Source: Rebecca billardiae RCC1528 (taxonomy: Eukaryota > Protista > Haptophyta). Taken from it: 64,000 nucleotides of DNA. The stretch lies in the NCBI GenBank assembly GCA_965240325.2, contig OZ251226.1, positions 2,542,001 through 2,606,000 of the forward strand, read 5' to 3'. The notes under the pieces are model-generated. The model was given only the letters and a program-made list of their open reading frames with translations. It was not told the DNA's origin and did no database searches. The translations under genes were made by a program, and so were the position numbers. Numbering within the stretch: the stretch's first letter is position 1; each line of letters opens with the position of its first letter. Below are positions 42,901 to 54,359 of this stretch, piece by piece.

Positions 42901-45900
42901 TCACGAGCGCGCGCCAGCCCCCGCGGCAGGCTTCTTCGGACGTTTCGCCGAGAGCCAGCCGCGCCACCTGCTCGCTGCTTGCATGGCGCCACCCCGCGGC
43001 TTTGCCGGCGTGCCCCCGCCGCTCGGTGCGCGCTCGGGCGTTGCGCTCGCGCTCGCACGCGCCGAAACGGAGACGTGGGGGGTCCCCGGGGGGCTGCCAG
43101 CCGCGCTGGTGTCATCGTCGCGCACGGTGGGCGTGGCGTGCGCCTCCTCGTCCGGCCCAGCGGTGGCCTTGACGGCGTCGCCCGCTGGCGTGCGAACGGC
43201 ACTGTGCTCGACGCTGCCTACGTCGTGGGCGTCGCTGCCGCGCGTCGGCGTGCGCGGCGCGCTGGCGGCCTCAGCCTCGCGCGCCGCGGCCGCACTGCCG
43301 TGCTGGTCGAGGGCGTCGTCCACGGCCTGCAGCGCGGACACGGCGCTGACGCTCACGAACATGAAGCCGACGCCGCCCGCGCCGCCCACCTCGCCGCCGC
43401 TCAGCGGCGAGTCCGGTGCGGGCTCGAGCTGCAGCGCCGTGTCCGCGTAGTCGGACGCGTCCGTCAGCAGCCGCTCGAGGTTGAGCGTGGCGAGGGCGAT
43501 CGGCATCTGCGCCGCGCCCCGCTCCGAGGCGTGCACGGTGATGTGCACGTCCGAGCGGCGCTGGTCGTCGGCTTCGAGCGCGTCCATCACGGCCGCGCGC
43601 GCGCGAGTGCCCGGCGCGAGTGAGAAGACTGCCTGCAGCTCGAAGAGGAAGCCCTCCTCCTCCGCGCCGCCGCCGGCGGGCGAGATGGGCAGCGCCTTGC
43701 TGCGCGCGCTCTCGACGCCCAGCAGGTCGAAGCTCACGCCGAGCTGGGTCATGCCCAGGGCGGCGGCGGCGCGCGTGAGCTGCGGCGCGAGCTCGACGCG
43801 GCCGACGCTCACGCGCAGCTGGTGCGCGCTCGACAGCTGCCGCTGCGCTGAGCTCTCCGCCGGAGCGCCGGCGGCGGGCCGCTCGGGAGGCCCAGGTGCA
43901 CCACCCGCACCGCCGGCGGGCGACCCGCCCGCAGCGGCTGCCGCCGCCGCGGTGTCCTCCTGGCCTGGGCCAGCGTCTGCGCCCGCGGGCCGCGAGCTGG
44001 GCTTGGTGCTGCCTGTCTCTGGCCCCGCGGCCTCCGCGCGCGCCCCCGGCGCCTCGTCGGTGTGCGCGCTCGGCTCGGCGGCGGCGGGCGCGTGCTGCAG
44101 TGCCGGAGAGGCCGGCGCCGCGCGCTGGGGCGGGGGCGGCTGCGGCTGCGCGGCCGGGGGCGGCGCGTCCACGGCCGCGGCGGCTACGGCAGCGGGCACC
44201 GATGGCTCTCGGTCGGGCGCGGAAGGCGCCGGGGCACTAGTCTGCTGCGGAGGTGGCGGCGGTGCCTCCTCCGCCTCGTCCTCCTCCTCCAGTTGTGGGT
44301 GCGGCTGCGGCGGTGGCGATGGCTCCTCCTCCTCCTCCTCCTGCTGCTGCTGCTGTGGCCGCTGCTGGGGCGGCGGGTGCGCCGCGCTCAGCTGCCGCGG
44401 CTGCGGCTGCGGCTGCGGCTGCAGCTGTGGCTGCGGCCGTTGCTGCGGCCGCGGCTGCGGCTGCGGCTGCGGCTGCGGCTGCGGGTCTGACGGCGGCGGC
44501 GGCCGAGCGTGCGCCCCCCATCCGCCCGGCAGCTCCTCCTCCCCCGCGCCGCGCACCGCCCCGCCGTCGTCGGCGCCCCCCGCCCGCTGCCACGCGCGCG
44601 CGCGCCGCTGCTGCGCAAGGGCGCGTGGAGACACGAGGGCAGAGTCAGCCGGGGGCAGTAGCCGGCCCTCGGCGTCCAGCATCGCCTCCGCCTCGTCCCA
44701 GAGCTCGCCCTGCGCCTCGGGGAGCCAGCCCGGCGGCTGAGCCCCGGCCTGCACCTGCGGCGTCGGCCGCAGGCCGCGCAGCGCGGCCGTGTGCGCCGCA
44801 GCCCCGCCGTCCGACTCGTCATCGCGCGCGCTGCCCGCGCCCTCCTCCGTCCAACTGCCGTCGAGGCTCTCGCGCCGGCTGTCCGCGTGGCCGTCGTCGC
44901 GCCCGCGGCTGGACGAGCGCGAGCTCGGCCGGCCGTCACGCCCTCGACTCGAGGCGCGCGAGCTCGGGCCGCTCCCACCCGCGCGAACCATCGTCGTGGG
45001 CGCCGCGGGCGGCCTCGGCACGAGCCGCGGGCGCGGCGCGGCGGCGGCGCGCGCCGCCGCCCCCTGCGGCCGAAGCGGAGGGCGGCGCTGCGGTGTGGCG
45101 CTGGCCGAGGCTGCGGCCCCGCTCGCGCGCGAGTGCGCCGGCGACGTCGACTGCCGGCGCGGCTCGAGACCACCACCCGCGCGGTGCGCGCCGGAGCCCC
45201 GCCGCGCCCCGGGCTCCTCGCTGAGAGCCGGCGAGCCCAGGCCGCGGTACGGAGGCGGCGGCGCGCCGCGCGCGCCGCCGTCCCGCGGCGGCGTCGTGCT
45301 GCCGCGGCGCTGCTCGGGCTGCGCGGGCAGCGCGTGGTGCGGCGGCCAGTCCGCCTCGGCCGGGAGCCCGCCGCCGAGCTCGTACCCGTGCGGTAGCGCC
45401 GGCGCGCGCGCGCTGAGGTGCTCGTCCACGTACCCAGCAGCCTGATGGCGCGGAGGCGAGCGGCGCAGCTCGGGCCGCTCGGCCGCGCCGCTCGCCGCCG
45501 GCTCTGGGGGTGCCTGCCAGGGGCGCGCGGAGGCCCACGTGGACTGCAGCTGCGCGTGGAGCTGCGAGATCGTGGCCATCATCTCGCGCCTGTGCTCCTC
45601 GAAGGCGACGTGCTCCGAGTGGCGCAGCGCGAGCACCGCCTTCATGTCGGTGGAGAGGGCCTGCTCCTGCGCCTGCGTTTTGTCTGCGAGCTGCGCGAGC
45701 TCGAGGCGGAGGAGCATGAGGCCTTGCAGCCGCTCCTCAAAGAGAGCCAGGATGCGCCTGGCGCCCTCGTCGATCAAGGGCGCCGACACGCCGCCCTGGG
45801 CGCCAGCAGGTGGCGGGAGCGCGAGGCCCTCGTCCTCGCTGCTCGCCCCGTCGGGCGCGCGCGCGTGCATCGGCGCGGGCGGCGGTGCTCGGTGCGCGAT

Positions 45901-46008
45901 GGGCTGCGCGGGCGGAGGCATCTGTAGTCGAGGCGTCGGGGCGGCGGGGCGCGGCGACTCGGCTTGTCGCCGTGCGCTGTACGACGGGAGGCTGTAGGAC
46001 GTGCGCAT
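42901..46008 (-). CDS. Coiled-coil, low-complexity protein with an RPGRIP1-C-terminal-like C2 domain
   Basis: N-terminal coiled coil and Pro/Gln-rich linker, then LRVSVGRVEL...GVSFDLLG...SKALP...SDVHITV...IALATLNLERLL...VGFMFVSVSAVSAL. Confidence 0.68.
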   Translation of the reverse strand: MRTSYSLPSYSARRQAESPRPAAPTPRLQMPPPAQPIAHRAPPPAPMHARAPDGASSEDEGLALPPPAGAQGGVSAPLIDEGARRILALFEERLQGLMLLRLELAQLADKTQAQEQALSTDMKAVLALRHSEHVAFEEHRREMMATISQLHAQLQSTWASARPWQAPPEPAASGAAERPELRRSPPRHQAAGYVDEHLSARAPALPHGYELGGGLPAEADWPPHHALPAQPEQRRGSTTPPRDGGARGAPPPPYRGLGSPALSEEPGARRGSGAHRAGGGLEPRRQSTSPAHSRASGAAASASATPQRRPPLRPQGAAARAAAAPRPRLVPRPPAAPTTMVRAGGSGPSSRASSRGRDGRPSSRSSSRGRDDGHADSRRESLDGSWTEEGAGSARDDESDGGAAAHTAALRGLRPTPQVQAGAQPPGWLPEAQGELWDEAEAMLDAEGRLLPPADSALVSPRALAQQRRARAWQRAGGADDGGAVRGAGEEELPGGWGAHARPPPPSDPQPQPQPQPQPRPQQRPQPQLQPQPQPQPRQLSAAHPPPQQRPQQQQQEEEEEEPSPPPQPHPQLEEEDEAEEAPPPPPQQTSAPAPSAPDREPSVPAAVAAAAVDAPPPAAQPQPPPPQRAAPASPALQHAPAAAEPSAHTDEAPGARAEAAGPETGSTKPSSRPAGADAGPGQEDTAAAAAAAGGSPAGGAGGAPGPPERPAAGAPAESSAQRQLSSAHQLRVSVGRVELAPQLTRAAAALGMTQLGVSFDLLGVESARSKALPISPAGGGAEEEGFLFELQAVFSLAPGTRARAAVMDALEADDQRRSDVHITVHASERGAAQMPIALATLNLERLLTDASDYADTALQLEPAPDSPLSGGEVGGAGGVGFMFVSVSAVSALQAVDDALDQHGSAAAAREAEAASAPRTPTRGSDAHDVGSVEHSAVRTPAGDAVKATAGPDEEAHATPTVRDDDTSAAGSPPGTPHVSVSARASASATPERAPSGGGTPAKPRGGAMQAASRWRGWLSAKRPKKPAAGAGARS

Positions 46009-46190
46009 CGCACACGAGAGTGAACGCTGAGCCAGCCGCCATGCGCGTTCAAAACCCCATGGAGATGATTTTGAGATTCGTTTTCGGATTTTTCGGCAGC
46101 ACTTCGTCCGTCTTTTCCGGCTGACAATTATTGCCGACCGGCTGAGCCGGAGGGGGCCCGCACCGCCGAGTGGACTGGGCTCGCGCGGCG

Positions 46191-47879
46191 ATGCGGCTGG
46201 CGGGCGTGGCCGGCTTGCGAGCATCCGCCGCTTTGGGGGAGCATCAAGTCGCATGGCGCCGCGCGCATTGGCGCGCACACTTCACCGCTACTGGAAGCGG
46301 CCGCGCGGCCGGCCACGCTGTTGTGGAAGACCGCGCGTCGCGCGCGAGCGACACCGACGAGCAAATTCTGGCCGATGCAAACACGATCACGCTGCTCGGT
46401 GTGGGCGTCAACCTGGCGGCGGCGATCGGCAAGGGTGTTGCGGGGATGTACGTCGGTTCGTCCGGGCTGATCGCCGACGCCGGGCACTCGGTCTCCGACC
46501 TCTTCAGCGACGCGGTGACTCTCTTTGTCGTCAACCACGCGCGCGTGCCCGCGACGCACTCGACCCCGTGGGGGCTGGGCAAGCTCGAGGCGGTCGGGGC
46601 GGGCGTGTGCGCGCTGCTCATCACGGGGACCGGCGTGGCCGTCGGCGCGCACTCCATCGTCGAGCTCTCCGCGCACGTGCTGCCGGCAGCCGCCGCGTTG
46701 CCCGCGGCCGGGGCCGCGCTGAGCGAATCGGCCGTGAGCGGCGCGGCGGCAGTGGCGGAGGCGGCGGCAGCTGTGCCGGCGAGCGAGGGCGCGCTCCTCG
46801 GCGGCGCGGCGGCGGCGATCGGCGGGATCGTCTCGAAGGAGTGGCTCTTCCGCGAGACGCGCCGCATCGCGCTGCGCGCGCGCTCGGCCACCATGCTGGC
46901 GAACGCGTGGCACCACCGCTCGGACGCTCTGTCGTCGGTGATTGCGCTCGGCGGGCTGTGCGGCACGGCCGCGGGCGTGCCCGTGCTCGACTCGGTCGCG
47001 GGGATCGCGGTGGCCGTGATCATCGGGCGCGCGGGGGTGGAGATGGGCATGTCCGCCGTGCTCGAGCTGATCGACACGCAGGTCGAGCCCGACCTCCTCG
47101 AGCGGCTGCGCGAGCTGCTGCTCTCAGACCCCGACGCGCTCTGCGTCTCGCATCTGCGCGGGCGCAAGCTGGGGCCCGCGATCGCGGTCGAGTGCCGGCT
47201 GCAGGTGCCGTTCAGCCTGTCGGTCTCGGCGGCGCAGCAGGTGGCGACGAAGGCGAAGCTGCGCGTCCTCGGCGCGATGCCCGAGGTGTGCGACGTCCTC
47301 GTCTCGCTCGACGCCGAGCCGCCCGCGCGCACCGGCTTTGACAACACGATCGTCGTCGGCTCGACGGTCGACCCGTCCGAGCACGAGCTGATGCGCTCGC
47401 CGCGCGCCATCGAGGCCGACGTGCGCGCGGCGCTCGCGAGCGCGGAGCTCGCGCACGGCGAGCGGCTGTGGGGGCTGAGCCACTCCATCGTGCACTGGGA
47501 GACGAAGCGCAGCGGCGCGATCGTCGAGGCCTCGCTCATCGTCGACCCGGCGATGAGCGTGCATGACGCGCACGAGCTCGCGCACACCGCGCACGACGCG
47601 ACGCTGCGCGCCGTGCCCGACCTGCTCGACGTCGACCTGCACCTCGAGCTGTACGAGAAGAGCGCGCACTACCTCAAGTCGGCGGACGACGTGCCGCGCG
47701 AGCTGCGCCTGCCGTCGCGCGCGGAGGCGTCGGAGCGGCTGCGCCTGCTGCGCGAGGAGCTCGAGCAGCAGGCGGCCGCGCGCGGCGGGGAGCCGCGGAG
47801 GCAGCACGCCGCGCCCGACGGCGCGCACAGTCACTACCGGCAGCACCTCCCTGGGCCTCCCGGCGGGGGCAAGCCGTAG
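46191..47879 (+). CDS. Cation diffusion facilitator (FieF/MMT1/MTP6-like), probably mitochondrial
   Basis: Motifs SSGLIADAGHSVSD, PWGLGKLE, ANAWHHRSDALSS and LRGRKLGP; Arg-rich leader; two C-terminal ZT_dimer-like domains. Confidence 0.92.
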   Translation: MRLAGVAGLRASAALGEHQVAWRRAHWRAHFTATGSGRAAGHAVVEDRASRASDTDEQILADANTITLLGVGVNLAAAIGKGVAGMYVGSSGLIADAGHSVSDLFSDAVTLFVVNHARVPATHSTPWGLGKLEAVGAGVCALLITGTGVAVGAHSIVELSAHVLPAAAALPAAGAALSESAVSGAAAVAEAAAAVPASEGALLGGAAAAIGGIVSKEWLFRETRRIALRARSATMLANAWHHRSDALSSVIALGGLCGTAAGVPVLDSVAGIAVAVIIGRAGVEMGMSAVLELIDTQVEPDLLERLRELLLSDPDALCVSHLRGRKLGPAIAVECRLQVPFSLSVSAAQQVATKAKLRVLGAMPEVCDVLVSLDAEPPARTGFDNTIVVGSTVDPSEHELMRSPRAIEADVRAALASAELAHGERLWGLSHSIVHWETKRSGAIVEASLIVDPAMSVHDAHELAHTAHDATLRAVPDLLDVDLHLELYEKSAHYLKSADDVPRELRLPSRAEASERLRLLREELEQQAAARGGEPRRQHAAPDGAHSHYRQHLPGPPGGGKP

Positions 47880-48135
47880 TAGGCGATGGCGCCGTTCTGG
47901 GCGGGGCTGATCGGGGCGCGGCGGGCCGTTGGCATGGATACGCTGCCGCGGTCGCGGAGGCCGCGCGTGCGGGGTGGCCATGTATGGCAGCACGGGGTGC
48001 ACCCTGCGGCTTCTAAGTGAGTCGCGGCCGTATATGATCACCGCTGATCATCTCGGAGTTCGGCCGCACGATGAATACGATGATCGACTCGGTTGCTGTC
48101 TTGGTTGTGCCGTGGAAATGACAAACCTGAAATAT

Positions 48136-48169
48136 GCTGTGTGCGTCTCTTATTCTTAGTAAACTGTAG
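48136..48169. repeat. Dispersed short element, copy C (truncated)
   Basis: GCTGTGTGCGTCTCTTATTCTTAGTAAACTGTAG, 34/34 identical to the reverse complement of copy B. Confidence 0.92.
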
Positions 48170-48396
48170 TTCACCTGGTTGGGTCAGTCCGGACGCAGCA
48201 CGGCTCAAGGCCGGGTTGGGCGGTTGGCGGTTGGGGCTGCATCCGGATTCATTGGCCAACGGCTTTTCACTGCTCGGTTCCAAAGCCACGACCGCGCTTG
48301 TTCGCGAGCGTGTTGCGCACTGGCCGCCTCCGCCGGCCAAGTGCCAACGACAAACGCAGCCCATCACCGCGCTCCACTCCCGCCGCGTCGATCACC

Positions 48397-50550
48397 ATGG
48401 CCACGATGACGAGCCCGACCGACCAGAGCACCATCGATCTCGACGCGCTTTCGCTGCACATTGAGCAGTCGGAGACCGCCCTCGCTGAGCCGGGCGTTGC
48501 TCGCGTCCTCGGGGCCGACCCCGCTGCCGAGCGCCAACCCCTCGCTGATGTCCTCACCCTCGCTGCGTCGAGCGCGACAGAGCCGCTTGCGGCGAGCCCC
48601 ACCAAGAACAAGCTTGACGTCGAGGAAGACCTTCTGCACGATGAGCAGGTGGAGACTGCAACCGCTGAGCCGCGCTCCGCGGTCGCGCTCGACGCCAACC
48701 TGGCCGTTGAGAGCCCCGTGTTCTCCGAGATGCTCTTCAAGACACCGCCGCCGAGCGCACCGCAGCCGCCTTTCGATGCCGCGTGCGACTCGCCCACGCA
48801 GAAGGACGACTCCACGCGCGTCACCAACATGCTCTCCCTGGGCGGCACGCCGGAGCACTTGCCTACGCCCGCCAGCGCCTCCCTTCCATCGCCGACGCCT
48901 CTAGCGAACGAGTGCGGAGGGGCGTCGACCGAAGAGGGCGGCAACGACAAAGAGGCCGTGCTGGGCTCTCCTCCCGCGTTTGCTTCCGCTCTCGTACCGA
49001 ACGACTTGCACGCGCCCTCAAGCTCCACGCTTGGGACTCCTCCTTCCCTCGAGGAGTTTGCGCCTCTTCTGCGCCGCGAGGAGGATCCAACGCCGCCTCT
49101 TCTCATGCCGCCTCTCCCGGCCGCAGCTACTCGCTTCCTTCTTCTCCCTCCGCCTCTCCCCGCCCCGCCTCCGGCGTGCCGTGAGGACGCTATCCCGCCT
49201 CTTGCCCCTCCGCCGCCTCTCGCCGCCCTGCCTCCGGCGTGCCGACTGCACGCTACTTTGCCTCTTCCCCCTCCGCCGCCTCTCCCGGCTTTGCCTCCGG
49301 CGTGCCGTGAGGACGCTACGCCGCCTCTTCTCCCTCCGCCTCTCCCCTCCGTGACGGAGGTGTTTGGGAGGGCCTCCGAGCCGAGTGACGAGAGCCTCGA
49401 GGAGGTCGTGACGGCCGTCATCAGCAGCATGCCGGAAGCGCCGAGCCTGCGCGTCGACAAGGACGACACCAAGGAGACCTGTGCCGACGAGGACGGCGCC
49501 AAAGAGGCGAGCGTGCCAGCCGCTCCTCCCTCGTCGCCCATGTGGGTGGAAGATCTGCACGCCGTCTTTGGCGCGGAGGAAGCTCCGTCGCCCATCATCA
49601 CCGAGCCGTCGGAGCGCCCGGAGAGCAAGCTGAACGACGATACGGCGTGCGTCGATGACACTGCGCAGTCGTCGGTGCTCGAGAAGCCTTGCCCTGCACG
49701 CGCGCGCCCGAAGGGCATCCACCGCATCGCGCTGGCGGTCGGTGGCGGTGCGGTGCTCTCTGGCGCACTGCTGCTCGACCGCGGATGCGTCCACAAGGGC
49801 ATGGAGCACCAAGGCGTCGCCTCCGCCAACACGTGCTCAGGCATGCGCTGGCTCGCGCGCTCGCCGCAGCTCGAGACCAGTTCGCTGCTCTTCGCCAAGT
49901 CCCATGCTCCGCAGGGGATGTGGCAGGACGTGGATGACGCGTCCGCCAACGCGAGCTCGGGCGTGTGCTGGTCGGGGCACTCGCCGCCGCTCGAGCCCAG
50001 CCCGCCGCTCTTCGCCGAGTGGCGCGGCGCCCCACGGCGGATGTGGCGGCATCTGACTGCGCTGCTGCGCGCCGAGGCCGAGCGCGTGGCTGACGCCCAC
50101 GAGCTCCATTTCGAGACGGCCGACGACAGCGCATGCGAGCTGATCGCCTCGGTTGGGAGCGTGCGGCTGCGCCGCTGCGCCTCTCGCCCCGGGCTGCAGT
50201 GCCTTCCGGATGATGCGTGGCTGCTGGACGAGAGCGAGGTGCCGATCGGGAATCCCTACCTGACGTGCGCCTCCGTGCCCACTTCGCCGGCGCAGGCATT
50301 TGCGGCCGAGCTCGAGGAGCGCAAACTTGAGCGCGAGCTGAGCCTCGCTGTGGCGCTGAGCGCAGGCCCCTCGTGCTGGCTCAGCTCGTGCCTCGAAGAG
50401 CGCTCTGTCAAGGGCATCGTCTCTGGTGAAGTCTTTGGGCGCTGCTCATCACTCGAGCTCTTCCGCGCTCCAGAGCAGCTCGGAGGCGTGCTTGTCCGAG
50501 GCGTCGCAAGCGTGCTGATGTTGGCGGCGCTCGGGATGTCTATTCGTTGA
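48397..50550 (+). CDS. Hypothetical acidic, Pro-rich membrane protein
   Basis: A long ORF (open from 48298) with an acidic disordered N-half, Pro-rich repeats, a central hydrophobic segment and a C-terminal one. Confidence 0.65.
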   Translation: MATMTSPTDQSTIDLDALSLHIEQSETALAEPGVARVLGADPAAERQPLADVLTLAASSATEPLAASPTKNKLDVEEDLLHDEQVETATAEPRSAVALDANLAVESPVFSEMLFKTPPPSAPQPPFDAACDSPTQKDDSTRVTNMLSLGGTPEHLPTPASASLPSPTPLANECGGASTEEGGNDKEAVLGSPPAFASALVPNDLHAPSSSTLGTPPSLEEFAPLLRREEDPTPPLLMPPLPAAATRFLLLPPPLPAPPPACREDAIPPLAPPPPLAALPPACRLHATLPLPPPPPLPALPPACREDATPPLLPPPLPSVTEVFGRASEPSDESLEEVVTAVISSMPEAPSLRVDKDDTKETCADEDGAKEASVPAAPPSSPMWVEDLHAVFGAEEAPSPIITEPSERPESKLNDDTACVDDTAQSSVLEKPCPARARPKGIHRIALAVGGGAVLSGALLLDRGCVHKGMEHQGVASANTCSGMRWLARSPQLETSSLLFAKSHAPQGMWQDVDDASANASSGVCWSGHSPPLEPSPPLFAEWRGAPRRMWRHLTALLRAEAERVADAHELHFETADDSACELIASVGSVRLRRCASRPGLQCLPDDAWLLDESEVPIGNPYLTCASVPTSPAQAFAAELEERKLERELSLAVALSAGPSCWLSSCLEERSVKGIVSGEVFGRCSSLELFRAPEQLGGVLVRGVASVLMLAALGMSIR
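49070..49350 (+). repeat. Coding minisatellite (degenerate units of about 60 bp; PPACREDAxPPLxPPPPL)
   Basis: GCCTCCGGCGTGCCG recurs three times and CCGCCTCT many times. Confidence 0.8.
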
Positions 50551-51282
50551 GGCTGACGATGATGGTGCATGATGATCGACGCGCGCCCCTTTCGGCTCTC
50601 GGCTCCTGATGATGTCGCGCTGCTGAAATCCCTGCTCCGCAGCTGCGCATTTTGAGCGCGCACTTGTGCCGAATCGACCAGATGGCATGAGCGCACATCC
50701 TCTCGGGGATGTTGTGGCACTGTGATGTATTTGTAGCTTGTGAAATTCATGGTGTGTCCTGACTCATATCTGACTGCACAGCACTCAGGAGCAGGACTCC
50801 TGTCACGGATGATGTTGAGCCGGCTGGACACAGTCTCGCCGTGTCGTCTGAGATGATCAGGCATCATCGCCAAACGGACGCAATCGTTGCTTAAGAGCTG
50901 GTATAGTGCACTGAAGCTCTTGGTGACCGAGGCGTGGAGCGTTCTCCAATCTGCCCGAGGGTATTCGGACGCCGAATGTGGTGGCCGTCCCGCGTTGGCT
51001 CAGCGCGCGCAGGCGATGGCGCGACAGCAGCACGCGATCAGGATCTGAGCACAGCGCAGCACTGCCACAAAAAGGAACCGACAAATAAACGCTTTTTTGC
51101 GTCCGGCTTTTTTGCTCCGGCACCGGTCTCCTCGGTGCCGAGCTGGATGCTGATTGGCTGCGCGCCTCGTGGCTGAACCTTCGCGAGCGCCGCAGCCCGC
51201 AGCTGCGCGAGCTGCGCATCGGAGCATCTCACGGGCGCGGGCGGCCCGACTGCTTGTCGCATCCCACGCCCGACTTGGACCG

Positions 51283-54200
51283 ATGGCCATGCTGCCCGAG
51301 AGCATGTCGTCGACGCGCTCGGCGATCGCGACGGCCACGGTGGCGGCAGCGGGCCTCACGGGCTGGCGCACGGCCTCGGTCGTCGTGCTCGTCGACGCCG
51401 CGCTCTGCCTCACCATGCGCCGCGGCTTCCTGTGCTGGCTGTGCCGCACGCCGCCGCAGGACGTGCTGCTCCGGTACGTGGCGCGGTGGCTCGGCCTGCT
51501 CGAGCCGACGTGCACCGCGCGCGTGTACCCGGTGATCTCGCTCCGCCGCGCGCCCGCGCTCGTCATCGAGCTGCGCGACGTCGAGGTCCAGCCGTGGCTC
51601 GTCGACTCGATGAATGTGCTCTGCTGGTACGTGCCGGGCGTCGCGCGCCGCTGCTCGGTGCCCGAGGCGAGCGTGATGCTCCGGCTGCACCGGTGGTGGT
51701 GGCCGATGCCGCGCGTGACGCTGTCCATGCCGCGCGGCCTCGAGATCGATTGCGTCGCCACGCCGCCCAGCGCGTGGCCCGCCGAGGACCCGACAGGCTA
51801 CGCGGAGCGGTGGCGCGCGTGGCGCATCGCGCGCACCACGGAGCTGCTCGACATCGCGAACGGGGTGCGCGGCCCGCGGTGGCAGCAGGGGGCGCTCGGT
51901 TCGGTGCTCAACGTGCTCGTCGACCTCACCGTCTCCATCCTGCACGTCGAGATCGCCAGCTTCACGTGGCGGTACGGCGGCGCGCCCGAGCCCGCGCGCT
52001 GCGCGCTCGAGATCAGATCCCGAGATGTGCAGCTGCGGAGCGCGCCGGCGCGCGGGCGCGCGATGCTGTGGATGGTGCCGCGCCGACTGCTGCTCACGGG
52101 CTCGGCGGCGGAGTTTGTGCTCTACGACCCGCACGAGCGCGCGGCCGCCGCCGCCGCCGCCCCGGCCCCCGAGCCGCGCGGCGAGGCGGCGCGCGGCGGC
52201 GGCGGCGGCGGCGGCGGCGCCGAGGGCGCCGATGGCGGCGGCGTTGGCGCCATTGTGCTCACGCGCTCGGGCGCGTACAGCGTGGACGTCGGGCTCGGGC
52301 GCGACTGCTTCGTCCGGCTGCGCCCGCAGGGCGTGCACCTCTACGCCTCCGCCGCGCACATCTCCCTGCTCAAGGCCCTCGGCGCGCGGTACAGCGTGTA
52401 CGACCGCTGGTACACTCGGCTGTTTGAGTCGCGAGGCGCGCTGCCGATGCGCGGCACGCGCGCCGACCGCGAGGAGTACGCGCGCGCGTACGGCAGCGCG
52501 AGCCGGGCGCGCGGCTCGCGCGCCGCGCGCGCCGCCGCCCAGCAGCTCGCCGCGCGGCTGGAGGCCGACCTGACCGCAGAGTCCGTGCTCCTCGGCAGGT
52601 GGGCGGCGCAGGCGCCCTCGGCGCGGTGGCAGCTGCCGCCTGACTTGGCCGAGGCGGCGCACGCGCGCGGCGCGGATGGGGCGGCGGCAGGCGGTGCCGC
52701 GGCGAGCCCTCGGCCCAGCGGCGGCGGCGGCGTGTCGGCCGCGCCAGCCGCCGCCGCGCCCGCGCCCGCCGCCGCCGCCGGGCCGCCGGCCACGGAGGCC
52801 ACCTCGCCCACCGCCTCTGCCCAGGGGCAGCAGCACAGCGCCGCCGGCGGTTCACCGCCCGGCGCGCCGCCCGCTGAGGCCGAGGCAGAGGCGGCGGAAG
52901 AGGAGGAGCCGCTCTCGGCGGAGGAGGAGGCGCAGCTGGCGTACTGCGAGATGCTGCTCACGCGCGCGCGGCTGCTCCACTCCTTCGAGCTCGAGCTCGC
53001 GCCCGAGGGCCCTCTGCGCGTCTGGCTGTGCGCGCCGCCCGGCCTTGCCGCCGACGTGGGCGTGAGCGGCGCGCGCTGGCTCGGCGGCGCGCGGCCGGAC
53101 GCACCGCTCGGCGCGCGGCCGCTCAGCGGTGTGCTGGACATCGGCGCGGAGGGGTGGTTCGTCAAGCTGGAGATGAAGCTCGGGCCGCGCGCGCACGAGC
53201 GCCCCGCGCTCGCGCTGCGCTCGGGCGTGCGCAGCGGCTCAATGGCTGACGCGCACACGGGGCGCACGCTGCTGGCGAGCACGCGCGCGCTCGGCGCCGC
53301 GCCGATGGCGACGCTTGAGCTCGAGCGGCACGGCAGCGAGACGCACCTGCGGCTGATGGCGGCGCACTGCGCGCTGGTGTGCGCGCCCACGCCGCGGCTC
53401 ACGGCGGCCCTCGGCTCCTTCGGCGCCGCCGCGTCGGGCGCCGAGGTCGCCGGCGCAAACGTGCCTCTGACGGCCGGTGCGGAGGAGGAGGCGAGTGCAG
53501 AGGCGCTCGCGGCCGCGCGGGTCGCGCAGGAGGCCCAGGCGGCGCGCGCGCTGCGGCTGCGCGCGCACCCGCCCGCGGCGGAGCCCGTCGGCCCCGCGGG
53601 CACCGTCGCCCGCCGCTTCTCCGCCACCGCCTCGCCCGCCGCCGCGGAGCAGGTCGCGTCCTCCGTCCTCGCCGCGCTGCAGAAAGGCGCCTCAAGCCGG
53701 CAGCTCCCCCAGGGGCCGTCCGCGCGGCCGACGCCCCTCGCGCCCAGCGCGCACGCGTCGGCCGAGCTCGAGGCGTCCGGCGCTCCGGCGGAGGCGCCGT
53801 CTGGGCTGGTGCTCGGCGGCGCGCAGCTGCACGTGCGCGCGCAGATCGCCTCCGCCTTCGTCGTGCTGCCCGCCAGCGCGTCGCTCGCCGGCGGCGACGA
53901 GCGCGCGGCGGTGCTTCGCGTCTCGGCCCTCGCCGCAGTCACATCCGGCCCTGCGAGCGAAGCGATCGATGTGCGCGTGCACACGGCGCTGCTCTCGGCG
54001 CGCGTGGGCGCGTCGCCCGCCGCGCTCGAGTCGGAGCTGCGCGGGCCGTCGACCATGGCGCAGCACATCCTCGACCCGTTCGAGGCCTCGCTCCGGGTGC
54101 GCGGGCACGTGGCGGACGCGGCGGACGCGGACCGCGCCGAGTCCGCGCACACCGAGGTTGAGGGCGGCGAGGCGGCCGCGGTCGCCGACGGGGCCGACGG

Positions 54201-54318
54201 CGGCACCGTCTCGGGCGCGGCGTCGCGCGCGGAGCGCGCGCCGCGCGCGCGGCGCTTCTCGATGCGCACGCCCGAGAGCGCGCGCGACGTGGCCATCTCC
54301 GTGAGCGCCGCGGCGCTG

Positions 54319-54359
<41 letters not shown>

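Noticed and set aside
50256-51000. Minus-strand 205-aa ORF between the Pro-rich gene and VPS13
   Set aside because: It overlaps the + strand gene, has weak codon bias and shows no recognisable motif; it cannot be supported without expression data.
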